A DNA stretch of 64,000 bases from Paraspadella gotoi (Eukaryota > Animalia > Chaetognatha). The notes beneath the pieces are model-generated. The model had not been told where the DNA came from. It did not search any database and saw nothing but the letters and a program-made list of their open reading frames with translations. Positions within the stretch are counted from its first letter, which is position 1; the number at the start of each line of letters is the position of its first letter. The position numbers and the translations under genes are program-made. The stretch covers positions 24,603,842 through 24,667,841 of the forward strand of contig CM119264.1 of NCBI GenBank assembly GCA_051294375.1, read 5' to 3'. This document shows positions 53,201 to 64,000 of the stretch, one piece after another.

Positions 53201-55869
53201 ATTTCAAGTCAAATTTAATTGTCGCAGATTCCCAATTTTCCCGACATTTGTCCGACAGGATTAGGAAAATGGAAATTTTATTGCTGCAGATTGTGAAAAT
53301 CTCACAGAAACAATGGCAATGTTCAAAACCTTTCTACTTGACAGCCTTGTCAGTGCCCCCCTATGTCTAACTCGGCAACGTAAAACATATAACGATTCTC
53401 TCGACATTCCGAAAGTACACGTGTTAAACTAATCACCTGTGTGTGACAGACATCGCGTGAACGTTTTCTCAGCCTTCCGAGAGAGCTTAACGATCGATCG
53501 CAATCAGCAGCACCAAAACATCAACAAAAATCACAATCGCCTAGACCGCTTTTTCAACAAACCGCAGACTGGCCAAATGCCACCAGAGCACCAACAACCT
53601 GGTAACAAACCCATCGAACCACGGCCGCAGCCAGCCGGCCGCTGCCGAACGCCAGCCGGAGCAACCTACGGCGCAGCCGACCCCGGATTCAGGGTCGAAC
53701 CCTCTTTCAGTTAACCGCAAGAGTTTTCTCGGAGTCGATATCCGGGAAATGTGATGGGGCTTAGAAAGGGGATAGGGGTAAGTGAGATAGGGGGGTTAAT
53801 ACTGGGGTGGTTTTGGGTGAAAATCTTACTTTGGGGAGAGAGAAAGTCCGGTCTTTAAGATGAGTGAATTTGGGGCAGCGTTCCACACGAAGTTATCATG
53901 GGGATCGTTTATGAGGGCAGATCAATGAGGAGAAGAGAAATCGGGATCACTTAAAAAGGGGGGGGGTGGGGGTAAGTAGAAATGAATTTGTGAGTTTGTC
54001 GGGGATGAAGAGATTAGGAGAGGATATTCATGACGATTGTTTCGTTCGTTCTCTGTCTTTAAAATGGAATCCGATGATTTATTAGAGCGGTCTTGTAAAC
54101 AAATCAGTCACCGATGATGTTTCAGTGAGAAAGCAAATTCTTGCGCTGTCTTCCTTTTTAAGAGTCCCTATGGGAGGAAACATCTTTGAATGGAGTCGAG
54201 TTGAGAAATAAAAAAAAGAAATCTTTGAAGGGAATAGCATTTAGTTGCTTGAGTGGTCTAAAGGGTAAGAAAGACAAGCAATAAGATGGAGAAGGTTATG
54301 AGAAGAAAAAAGTAGAGAAAAAAGAAAATAAGGGGAAAAAGAAGAAGAAGGTAGGCCAGGGGGAGGAATAGAGGAAAAGGAAAAAAAGGGAGGGAAAAAG
54401 GAAAGGGAAGACAAAACGACTCTCCAAATACGAAGGTATTTTCGGCGGATTTTGTTTCGTAAGTAGGTGCGTGGGCGTGAGAGCCAAGGTATGTGACGCA
54501 AACATGCGAGAAAACACATGCCGCTCCCTCTGTTTATACTTTCCATCTCGTCAGTCTTATGTATTTTTTCTCTTTTGCCACCCAAGACTGAAGATGTGGA
54601 CATGTGTATCAAGTGATGTATCTATGCCGGGTGAGAGATGTTTTACAATGCCGTACGAAGAGGAACACTATCGTGCTGATAATATACTTTATTATACCTT
54701 AGAGGCTTTCGAAGAGAGGAGTAGTGTAAGTAGCGGGCCTGATATTCGTCATTTCTAATGAGAAACTTGGCCCATCTTCCCAGACACCGAGCTGCTGACA
54801 CTCCTCACAAGATCAAGACGGGTGGCCCGACTGTCGCTTTCCATTCCTCAGCGAGGCGAATTGATTAATTTCGCGTTGGGGCGATCCTGAGGGGCTTCTG
54901 AGTCTCTCTCTCTCTCTCTCTCTCTCTCCTCTCTTCTCTGTGCCTCTCTCTTCACGGCTATGCTCGTCTCTCATACTCTGCTTCTCCTGCAATCTCGTCT
55001 CTCTCGTCTCTCGTCGTTTCATCCGGTCGTCTCCCTCCCCAATAGCTCTTATTCGTCAGCTCTTCTCTCTCTTCTCTTGTTTCTCAAGGTGATTTTCCGG
55101 TGTGATGGAAATTAAAGCTTAGATATTATGACATATTTTCAGCACTCGGCTCTTGGTTTACTTCCCGCTCGAGTCCCCTACACAGCGTTTCAGATATTTA
55201 TAGAACTTCAACTCTCACAACATATTCACACCTTTAACTTTTCAGTTCTTTGAATTCTCACTTGCGACTCTTTCGAACGCTCTTAAATCAAAATTTGAGA
55301 CGATTTCAGTAAATTTTCTTTATACAGTTTTTCAATCGTGGATTTGCATATATCCAATATGAGCGCTGTTTTTTTTTAGTGTCTTTCTGCTACTTTTTCT
55401 TGGTCTCTCTTCGCACGATTCGAATTTATCAAGTATTAACTTTCTCATTTCTCGTAAGAAAAAATTATCTTTTCTTTACTCCTCTTGTAGCGTTTTCACC
55501 TTACTTAGTTTCATCCTTTTATTTTTATTTCAACGTAGTAATTTTAATCATATCATATATTAATCATGCAATCAAAATCATCTGTTATATCATCATCATA
55601 TCGATATCATATTGCATATCAATCACTAAAGTCAATCCTGTCAATCCGATCCTATGTTTTTGGCGCGGATTCCAATTCCTACTTCCACGTTTCTCTCAAT
55701 CACGGCCTCATCCTCTTGGTCGCTTCTCTCGCTCCATCTCTCTCCGTCTTCTCTCTCTCTCTCTTCTCTCCTTCTTCACTCTCTCCTCTCCTTTTCTCTC
55801 TTTTCTTCGACTGCGCGGTGAGCCTCAATAGTCTCAATCAGCGTCTACTGTCGTGCCTCAAATGTGTTG

Positions 55870-56240
55870 TTTTTAGTTGCGCGCGAGTACTCGCTGAGCA
55901 ACGTCGATCGGTCGGTCGGTCGGTCGGTCGGCTCGGTCGGGTCAGGTCGGTCGGTCGGTCGTTCGGTCGTTCGGGGTCGTTCGGTTCGTTCGCCGTTTCG
56001 TTCGGTCGGTCGGATCGTCGGTCCGGTGTATCGGTCCCGCGCGGTCCGTTCGTAGTATGTCTGTCCATCGGTCTGTCCCATTTACGTTAAAAACCTTATA
56101 ACTTGCCTATAGTTTGTTGCTCATTTTGGGAAAATTAAATCTAAGCGACTATGTGGCGCCGCCGTTTGTTTTTCAAGAACTCTTATAAGTAAAAGAAAAG
56201 TAATGCTGCGCAACACCTTGGAATAACCCTTCCTTGTTTT
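55870..56240 (+). mobile_element. Second (duplicated) copy of the HINE-like element with a much longer (tcgg)n tract
   Basis: Same ends as 48086-48343. About 110 extra bp of degenerate tcgg repeat, and ctataagtcactt is missing. Confidence 0.5.
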
Positions 56241-56263
56241 TCTTGGAGAAACAACTGATTACG

Positions 56264-56307
<44 letters not shown>

Positions 56308-56594
56308 CCTTTTTCTCCCTTGAATCGAAGCCACAAATAAGGATATTATAACTCCTCATACGCATGATATAAAACCACAACAAAATAGTTAGGAGATTTT
56401 GATATTTAGACTTTCGTCTACTTTTTCCGGAAAAAAGATTTTGACTTCAATTTAGGGAGTTTATTTGATAAACAAATTAAAGGAAACCAAAAAAAACCAA
56501 GCAAACAAAATAAAACTGTTGATTATTCACAACTAACTACGCAGATTCTCCTTAGTTTATTCACGTTCTACCATCAATTTAATCACTCTCTCTG

Positions 56595-56630
<36 letters not shown>

Positions 56631-57420
56631 CCTCTGCTCTCTCTCTCTCCTCCTTTCTTTTAATCCCCTTCTCAAGCTGCCAATGCTGCTTTACTCTCCG
56701 CTTTTACAAAACTAATCCGCTTACAACAATTGAAAACGCCAACGGTGAAAATCCGCCGAGTCGAAGTCCGCCTTTTTTCCCTGTTTATTTTTGGTCGGAA
56801 TTAATTTCCCGCCACATTTTATTTTTTTGTTCTTAGATTTAATTTATTTTGTTTTTTTTGTTATCGAGATTCGGGATCGGCTGGTGATGTCGTTGTTGTT
56901 GTCGGCTTCTCGGAATGGAGAAGGGATGCTCCGGCGTGGGAGAAGAAAAGAAAACTTAGGTGGGAAATGAATTTGAGGAAAAGATAATGAAATGGAAGAA
57001 GAAGAAGAGATTTAGTAAGTAAATGATGTTAATAAATAACATGTAAAAAAGTCCTTTTTTATATTTACTTTTTATAAACGCAGCAGATACCGAAGCTCGA
57101 TTTCCTGGCACTAATAAATCAATCAACGACATATCGTACTTCTGAATTTGCAACAAACTTTTTTCTCTTCTCTATTGAATATTCATACGCGGATCGACCA
57201 ACGTAAAGTAAATTCAGTTCATCAGTTTCCTCAACTATGATAAACTCTCATCCTCCTTCCTTGTTCCACCTGCCCTTTTCTTTTACCTCCCCTTTTTTTT
57301 ACCCCCTCCCTCTTCATTTTCCTCGCTCCCCTTCTTTTGTCCATCTTTCCTTCCAACCCCAACAATGACCCTGAGAACAGATGCTTCCTTTTCGTTCGCT
57401 TTCGATGTCGTAAGAGAGAG

Positions 57421-57495
<75 letters not shown>

Positions 57496-57624
57496 AAGGG
57501 AGAGAGAGAGAGTGATTCATGGTGTCATATCAGCAAGTAGATAAACGATTAAAGTAGGAGCCGCATGACACAGTAGTCGGGTAACCATCGAGTGGCGAGA
57601 GAGAGAGAGAGATAGAGAGAGAAG

Positions 57625-57660
<36 letters not shown>

Positions 57661-58109
57661 AGAAGAGAGAGAAGAGAGATAGATATGAGCCCAATCAGTG
57701 TAAATCACTACCAGATGTTCTTCGCCGTGATTGATGACCCGTGGGGGCGGAAACTCGGGATCCGCGGGGACGAAATCACAACGAGAAATCTTTCCGCTCG
57801 GGAGTGGAAGAAGGAGAAGAGAAGGAGAGGATGAAAGAGAAGGGGAAAGAGAAAGAGGAAGAAAGAGAAAGAGAAATAGAAGGAGAGCAAAAAGAAAAAG
57901 GTAAAAAAAGGAGTAGAAGAAGATTCATTTCTTTGAGGAAGTAGGATATCTTTAGGAATGATCTTACTTAGAAACAAAAGGGATCATGAATTTAAACTTT
58001 AGAAGATTCATTTTGAATTGAAATTCACATGAGAGAAATCCTGAATTAAAAACAGATTCGAGGAAAGGAAAGGAAGGTCCAATTTCCCTAGAGAGAGAGA
58101 GAGAGATTT

Positions 58110-58141
<32 letters not shown>

Positions 58142-59289
58142 GAGAGAGAGAGGAGAGAGAGAGAGATATTTTTCGTTGCAAGATTTTAAGTAGATTTGGG
58201 AAGGAGATTTGGAAGGAGATTTGGAAGGAGATTTACAAGGGATAATGAACTGATTGGGAGCAGACTATTCATCCCCGTCACCAGAAACTGAAGACCGTGA
58301 TCGCCGTGACACAGTGACACGAACTCGGCAATTCAGTGACACGACGTCACGAGACCCCAGTCGTTTTGAATACGACGAGTTACTGCTGACGCGAGTTAAA
58401 TTATTAATTTTCAATTTTCTATTAATCGCTTTTCATCACGAGAAATTCAATTCAGGCGGACTTAATTCATTATTTATTTTTTGACTAAATTATATTCATG
58501 AATGGTACAACCAATATAATTATTTGTTTAATGTACAAGGGAGTTAGGAATTACACAATATTGCCGTACATTGACGGACAAACTACGTCAGTGCCATAAA
58601 GGAGTATTTTTTACTACTTCCGATTAAAATACTGAATAATTTGTGTTGGTCGATTGATTTTTTGTGGAAGCACAATCGGTCGTCGTCGTTTTCGTCGTCC
58701 GTAGTCGATCGTCATCGTCCATGCATTCGATATTTTTCCACGCGAGTCTCCTGGACCTCACATCAACTGTGACTGTGAGCTCGTGGAGTCGAGGATCATC
58801 TTGACCATCCTAAGAACAAGGGAGACAGTATCCATTCCGATTGGGAATCAAGATGGGAGTCACAGATGGAATAATTTCACGAATTACAATCGGGGTGACA
58901 ATCGGAAATGCAAAGGGAGATTTGAAATTCTCCGGAAAGAGCAAGACGACGAAGGACGAAAATTGTCTTTTCCGGCCATCGATCCATCGATTCTTCGTTT
59001 GACCACGACGATTGATGTTGAAGCGATGACGACAGACGATGGACGACGCGATGACGACGATCTGAAGTAGAAAATGGAAATATATTCGATTAGACTGGAC
59101 GATTCCACTTATAGATTTTTAGGACAAAACAGCTTGGTTTTTCGGTAAGAATTGATAGCAATATAATTTTTAGACTACCTTATTTTTTTTCTTCGAGTTT
59201 TGCGGCACCTATGAGCTTGGCTGAGGTGGCTAGGGTCCTATAGCCCGAGCTACGCCAAGTCAAACAAGGTCATCAAAATTAGGAGAGAG

Positions 59290-59320
<31 letters not shown>

Positions 59321-60899
59321 AGAGAGAGAGAGAGAGTAGAGAAGAGAGAGAGAGNNNNNNNNNNNNNNNNNNNNNNNNNAGTTTCTGTTTGGTTGTTGCC
59401 CAATCTTAACCTCAAGGGCAGACGAAATCGATTTTTTTTACGTTTCTCATTTTCCGGCTTCTGACTTTTCCGGATCCGACGATTTTTTCCCCCGTCGATT
59501 CTCCGTCCGGCGCCGGAGAAAAAATTCCGGAAAAGGGAAAGGGAATCGGCCGGAAAATCGTGGTGGAAAATCGTGGCGGCTGTATCGCGCCGAGCTCCTT
59601 TTATATTCATTGATTCTTCCCCGGGATATGAGAACGAGGCACGAGGTGTGGAATAAGAAAGGTTTGCCCTTACCCCACTCCCTACCTCTCTGCTAAGGAG
59701 TCCTAATAGGACGCATGGTTCTCTTGTTTGTTTGTTTACGTAGTATCTGTTAATATTCTTTTATTTACAAGTAACTACTTAAATTAATTATTAATTGTGT
59801 TTATATTATGACAACTTCCTTTCCAAAGGAGCCTTTGCCTGTCGACGGAACTCGAACGGTTGTCGTCATATTGATTATTAATTCTGAAAAAGTAAACAAA
59901 CAGGAGGCAATGGTATTAGGAAAAAGACTTGTACTGAAATGTAGTAGCGTAACTAAGGCAAAGTCTAGTAAGGTCGTTAATAAAATTATGAGGCTAAATT
60001 ATTTATATCTTTTTTTTTAACTTTTTTATTTCCCAAAACAACCTGTATTTTTTATTTGCAATGTAGCGTATTATTCGTCCCGCAGGAGCAGTTCAGTTTA
60101 ATACCTTAAAAGCGAATTTTACAAGTATATTGACGCGACCACTGGTTCTTTGTTTTTTACTTTTTTTTCCGCCTCCTTTCCAGACGCAAATACCCTTTCT
60201 TCTGTTTTTTGTTTTGTTTCGGTACGGTTGTTTTTTTGTTTTTTTGTCAAGATCTTTTCTCGATTTGCATACGGGAGTCGAACTCCTGTTTCTAAATTCA
60301 TAACCGTTAATTATTTCCGCTTGGGTTTCCTCTTCCTCTTCCTCCTCCTCCTCCTCCTCCTCCCCTTCTCTTCCCCCCATTTCCAATCTCTCGTCCACCG
60401 GAACGACCATTCGACGATTTGTCAATTCGTCGGCCGCCAATTCGGCCGCCGAATCGAGCCGACACCGACCGACTTTGACCGACAAGGGATCGAATTCGAG
60501 CGAGACGCGATGATCTCGATCTTGACCCTCGAACGATGAGAGTCACGTGACGAGTCACGGTCCGAGGACTGTGAGTTGTCGTTGTCGTCGTTGTTGTAGA
60601 AGACGGGCCATGTCGACGAAAGTCAGTGGCAGCGGTTCGGTCGGCGCGTGACCGCCGGCAATTTGGGACTGGTGCGGGCGACGTTGCAGAAGGCGGCGAT
60701 GATAATCTCTGGCCAAAGTCGAAAAACCAAAATTCAAATCTCGACGAAGCCGGAAAAAAACAGAGCACCTTCCGCGGCCTTCCCCGGCGCGCGTATCGTG
60801 CGAAACTCCGCGGCCCGCGCTGTCTACCGCTCCTCCCCAAACTTAAACCGCGCCGGGAATGACAAAGAATTTTGGCGAAGCGCTTAGCGAGAGAGGGTC

Positions 60900-63800
60900 G
60901 TATGTTTCATTTCTGCCTTTTCTTCCGTGGCATAAACAAGCATCAAAAGGACCCAGACGTAATCGCCTTTGGTTGGAGGGGGCTTGAAAAGGCGGTGGAG
61001 GAGAAAAAAAAAAAACTATAGGAACCCAGGGTTCCCCGGGTCGTCCCGGCTCACGAGAATAGAGAAAGTTTATTTGCTTCTTTTTGAACGGCGTCGGATA
61101 GTATGCCCACCAGAACTAGAGAACACGAGAACTAAAACCCAGAGGCCAAAATAAATGAAGTAAAGAAAGAAAAAAAAAAAAAAAAAACATATGGAACATA
61201 ATGGGGTTGTATTTTCCACGCTCGTTCCTAATTAACAATATTTTATCACATTATCATAATTTTGTATGAGATTTCTTAATATGGAAGAATATAGAGAAAA
61301 ATTGAAAATGGGTAAATAATAAACTACTAAATATAAAGAAACAAAAACACGTTATATTTTTTTTATTATTAATTTGTAAACTTTCTTTAAATGTTACACA
61401 GGCTGGCGGGCTATATAAGCTAGAAGAATGGTGCAATAATAACATTGGAAAAAGATAGAAAATAGAAGGATAGAATGAAATAAGATTATGCACACGAATG
61501 GATTAGAGAATTATAATAAGTTGCAACAGAATGAGAGAAAAATGAACAGGTGAATCATCGTTAAAGACACATATAAAAAGGCGTCGGGAAATATTACACA
61601 AATCAGCATAATACAATTTTCATTTACTAATCTCCAGAGACCAAAAATGAAGAGCAAATATATACTCCGTTAAAAAGTTTCTCTATTAAACTATAAATAT
61701 ATAAGAATATTATGTATTTAATTTTTAATCTTTTATCTTACTATTTAAGAAGCGTAAATAATTTTTTTGTTTTGAGATTAAAAATTTGAGGTGGGCCTTT
61801 TTATAAACTCCATATGTTAAGCCCCCCCAAACCTAAATAAAAAAGCTTAATCTCTTGTCGTCTTGTCGTCGCGCCAGATACGAAAATCTTGTCGCTCCTC
61901 TCCGTAACGTCTTGTTCTCGTTTCGTTTCTGTTTCTTTAGAATCGAACGGTTTTTTTAGTTCTCTTTTGTCTTAGTTTCTTTTGTTCGTTCTTGTTCGTT
62001 TTTTCTCGATACTATCATTTTCTTTTGTGTTTGGTGGTTATTTTATAAAAAAAGCCGGAGGACAACAAAAAAAAAGTTTCCCCCCCCAAAAAGTTTTCAT
62101 TCTCTTTTTCCCGGTCCCCTCTCACTTTTATCCCAAATTATTAAAATTTTTTTTAAAATAAGTTAACAAATACTGGTAAAATCAAGCACACAGAGAAAAA
62201 TTAAAATAACCTAACTAATTTTTTCTCCCCACCACCTCTCACCCATTAGCTAGAGGAGAATGTAGTTATGGAATTAATAAATGAGTTAAATTCAAGAGCG
62301 TCCAGGGATACAATCGTTGGCTAAAAGCACATCAATACTTTTAAAAAGGGGTTCCCAAAAACTTAAAAAAGGGAAAAAAAAGCAAAAGGGAAAAATAAAA
62401 GTTTAAAATTTTTTTTTTTTGGGGAATTTTCGGGACAACTAAGGGAATTTTTTCCCCGGAAAAAGAGAGCAAATAAAAGAGGAACACTAACCGCGGGAAA
62501 GACAGAAAGCAGCAAAAAAAGTTTTGAAGACAGAAGAAAAAATTATAAAAACGAAGATGGTCAGGTGGGAATTCGTGGGTAATACGGCGGGGAGAAAGAA
62601 AAAGAGAAAAAAAGAAGGAGAAGAGAGAGGAAGAAAAAAAAAACCCCGGGGGGAAAAGAAAAAAGGAAAGGGGAAAATGGGGAAATTTGAAAAAAAAAGA
62701 AAAAAAAAAAGGGGGAACCCAAAATTTATAGGAAAGCTTTAATGACGGGATAAAATGAAAAATTTGGAATTAAAATTTCAGGGGAGGGAGAAAAAGTTTT
62801 TTTGTTTTTATTTAGTGAGGGGTTGAGGTTGAAAAAGAAGGCGAAGAAAAAGAAGAAAAAAAAAAGGAGAGGGAGGAAAGGAGGGAGGAAAGAGAAAAGA
62901 GAAAAAGGCAGAGAAAGAAGAGAAAGAGAAAGAGAAAAAATTTGCGTTTAGCACCGCTACGAGAACGAGAGAGAGAGCCCTATCTTGAGAAAAGAAAAAA
63001 TTGTTATTTGATGAAGATGAGAGAGAAGTGAATTCCTGGGGGGTGGAGCGCATAAGGTGCACGGGAAAAATCCAAGAAATAAAACAGATTCCCCTTGCGG
63101 CCCCCCCCGCGCGGGCATCTCTTTTTGGTATATTGTTGTTTTCCTTTCTGAAAACACACCCGCCGCAACACTTCTTCTCTCTCCTCTATCATCCCATTAA
63201 AAGTTTTCGGCCACCCCTCCTTTTTGTTTGCGTTCCCCCCTACCAAAACATCTATCATACAAAAAAAAGGAAAAATTTTTGGGGCGTCGGCTGCACGAGA
63301 GAAGAGAATACGGGAAAAGAAGAAAAAAAAATAAAAGAAGGAAAAATACGGAAAAAATGAGAGATGGCAAGGAGGAAAACAAAAGTCAAATCAGAAAAAG
63401 ATTAACGGTCTTCAATTTAATAAATTTAATATCACCACTCTCAACTTTAATATCCTTACACACAGGAAAGGGGGGGAGGCTACAAGCTCGTGTGGCAAAC
63501 ACGACGAGAGACATAATAATCTTTAACTTACCGATATAAACAAACAAAAACACACAGAGAAAACCTTGCAGGCCAAGCCAAAACTTTAAGAAAGGAAAAA
63601 AAATTGATAAAAATAAAGAAAAGGAGAGAAAAGATTTAAGGGGGATTAGAAAGAGAGGAAAAAAGGGAAAAAAGAGGAAGGAAAAAAAAAAGAAAAGAAG
63701 AAAAAGAGGAAAGGGAAGGAGAAGGAGGGAAAATTCGCCAGCCCCCCACTGGTGCTCCCCGTTCCCCCCGGGAAAAGGGGTTTCCGTGGGGGGGGTGTGG

Positions 63801-64000
63801 GAAAAGGCTTGGGTTTTTTTTTTTGCCCCCCCCCACCCCATACCACGCTCACGGAATATTTGACCTCGGGTCAAACTGCGGACCACGACTGGGGTTAACT
63901 CTTTTCGTTTTTGTCCTTAATCATCTTCGGGTCATCTGAATTCGTCGTTGTCGTCTATCTGTTATATGTTCGTTTTCTCTGTTTTTTTTATTCAATTTGA
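60900..64000. other. Probably low-accuracy (raw long-read-like) sequence, not interpretable
   Basis: Inflated homopolymer runs of all four bases, strong purine skew, no coherent ORF or repeat structure. Confidence 0.5.

Larger units (their letters stand above)
43625..59060 (+). repeat. ~7.5-kb tandem duplication (43625-51160 and 51160-59060) with junctions in (GAC)n
   Basis: Both copies start cgacggtcgaccgaggccaaagaaagcaaact and end ttgaagcgatgacgac. The second copy is longer and insertion-rich. A 25-N gap follows at 59355-59379. Confidence 0.9.

Overview
AT-rich, CpG-undepleted, microsatellite-dense ((GA)n, (GAC)n, (TTTC)n, (TATC)n) eukaryotic DNA, most likely an invertebrate animal. It is mainly non-coding: no recognisable protein-coding gene was found, and nearly all listed ORFs are translations of simple repeats or N-gaps. 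About a third of the window consists of redundant, indel-rich second copies of neighbouring sequence next to 25-N gaps, which looks like long-read gap-filling artefact or allelic duplication. Supportable elements: (1) a miniature palindromic Penelope-like element with two inverted minimal hammerhead ribozyme motifs, a 33-bp tail and a 13-bp TSD; (2) a retroposed 3' half of mature tRNA-Leu including CCA, in a 28-bp direct repeat; (3) a TSD-flanked 285-bp insert with a 21-bp repeat whose variation looks protein-constrained (LLDQEKD heptads); (4) a presence/absence-polymorphic ~1.56-kb hAT-like element; (5) Tc1/mariner-like and DINE-1/HINE-like non-autonomous elements; (6) candidate regulatory motif clusters (GTCACGTGAC, p53-like, Cdx/Abd-B-like).
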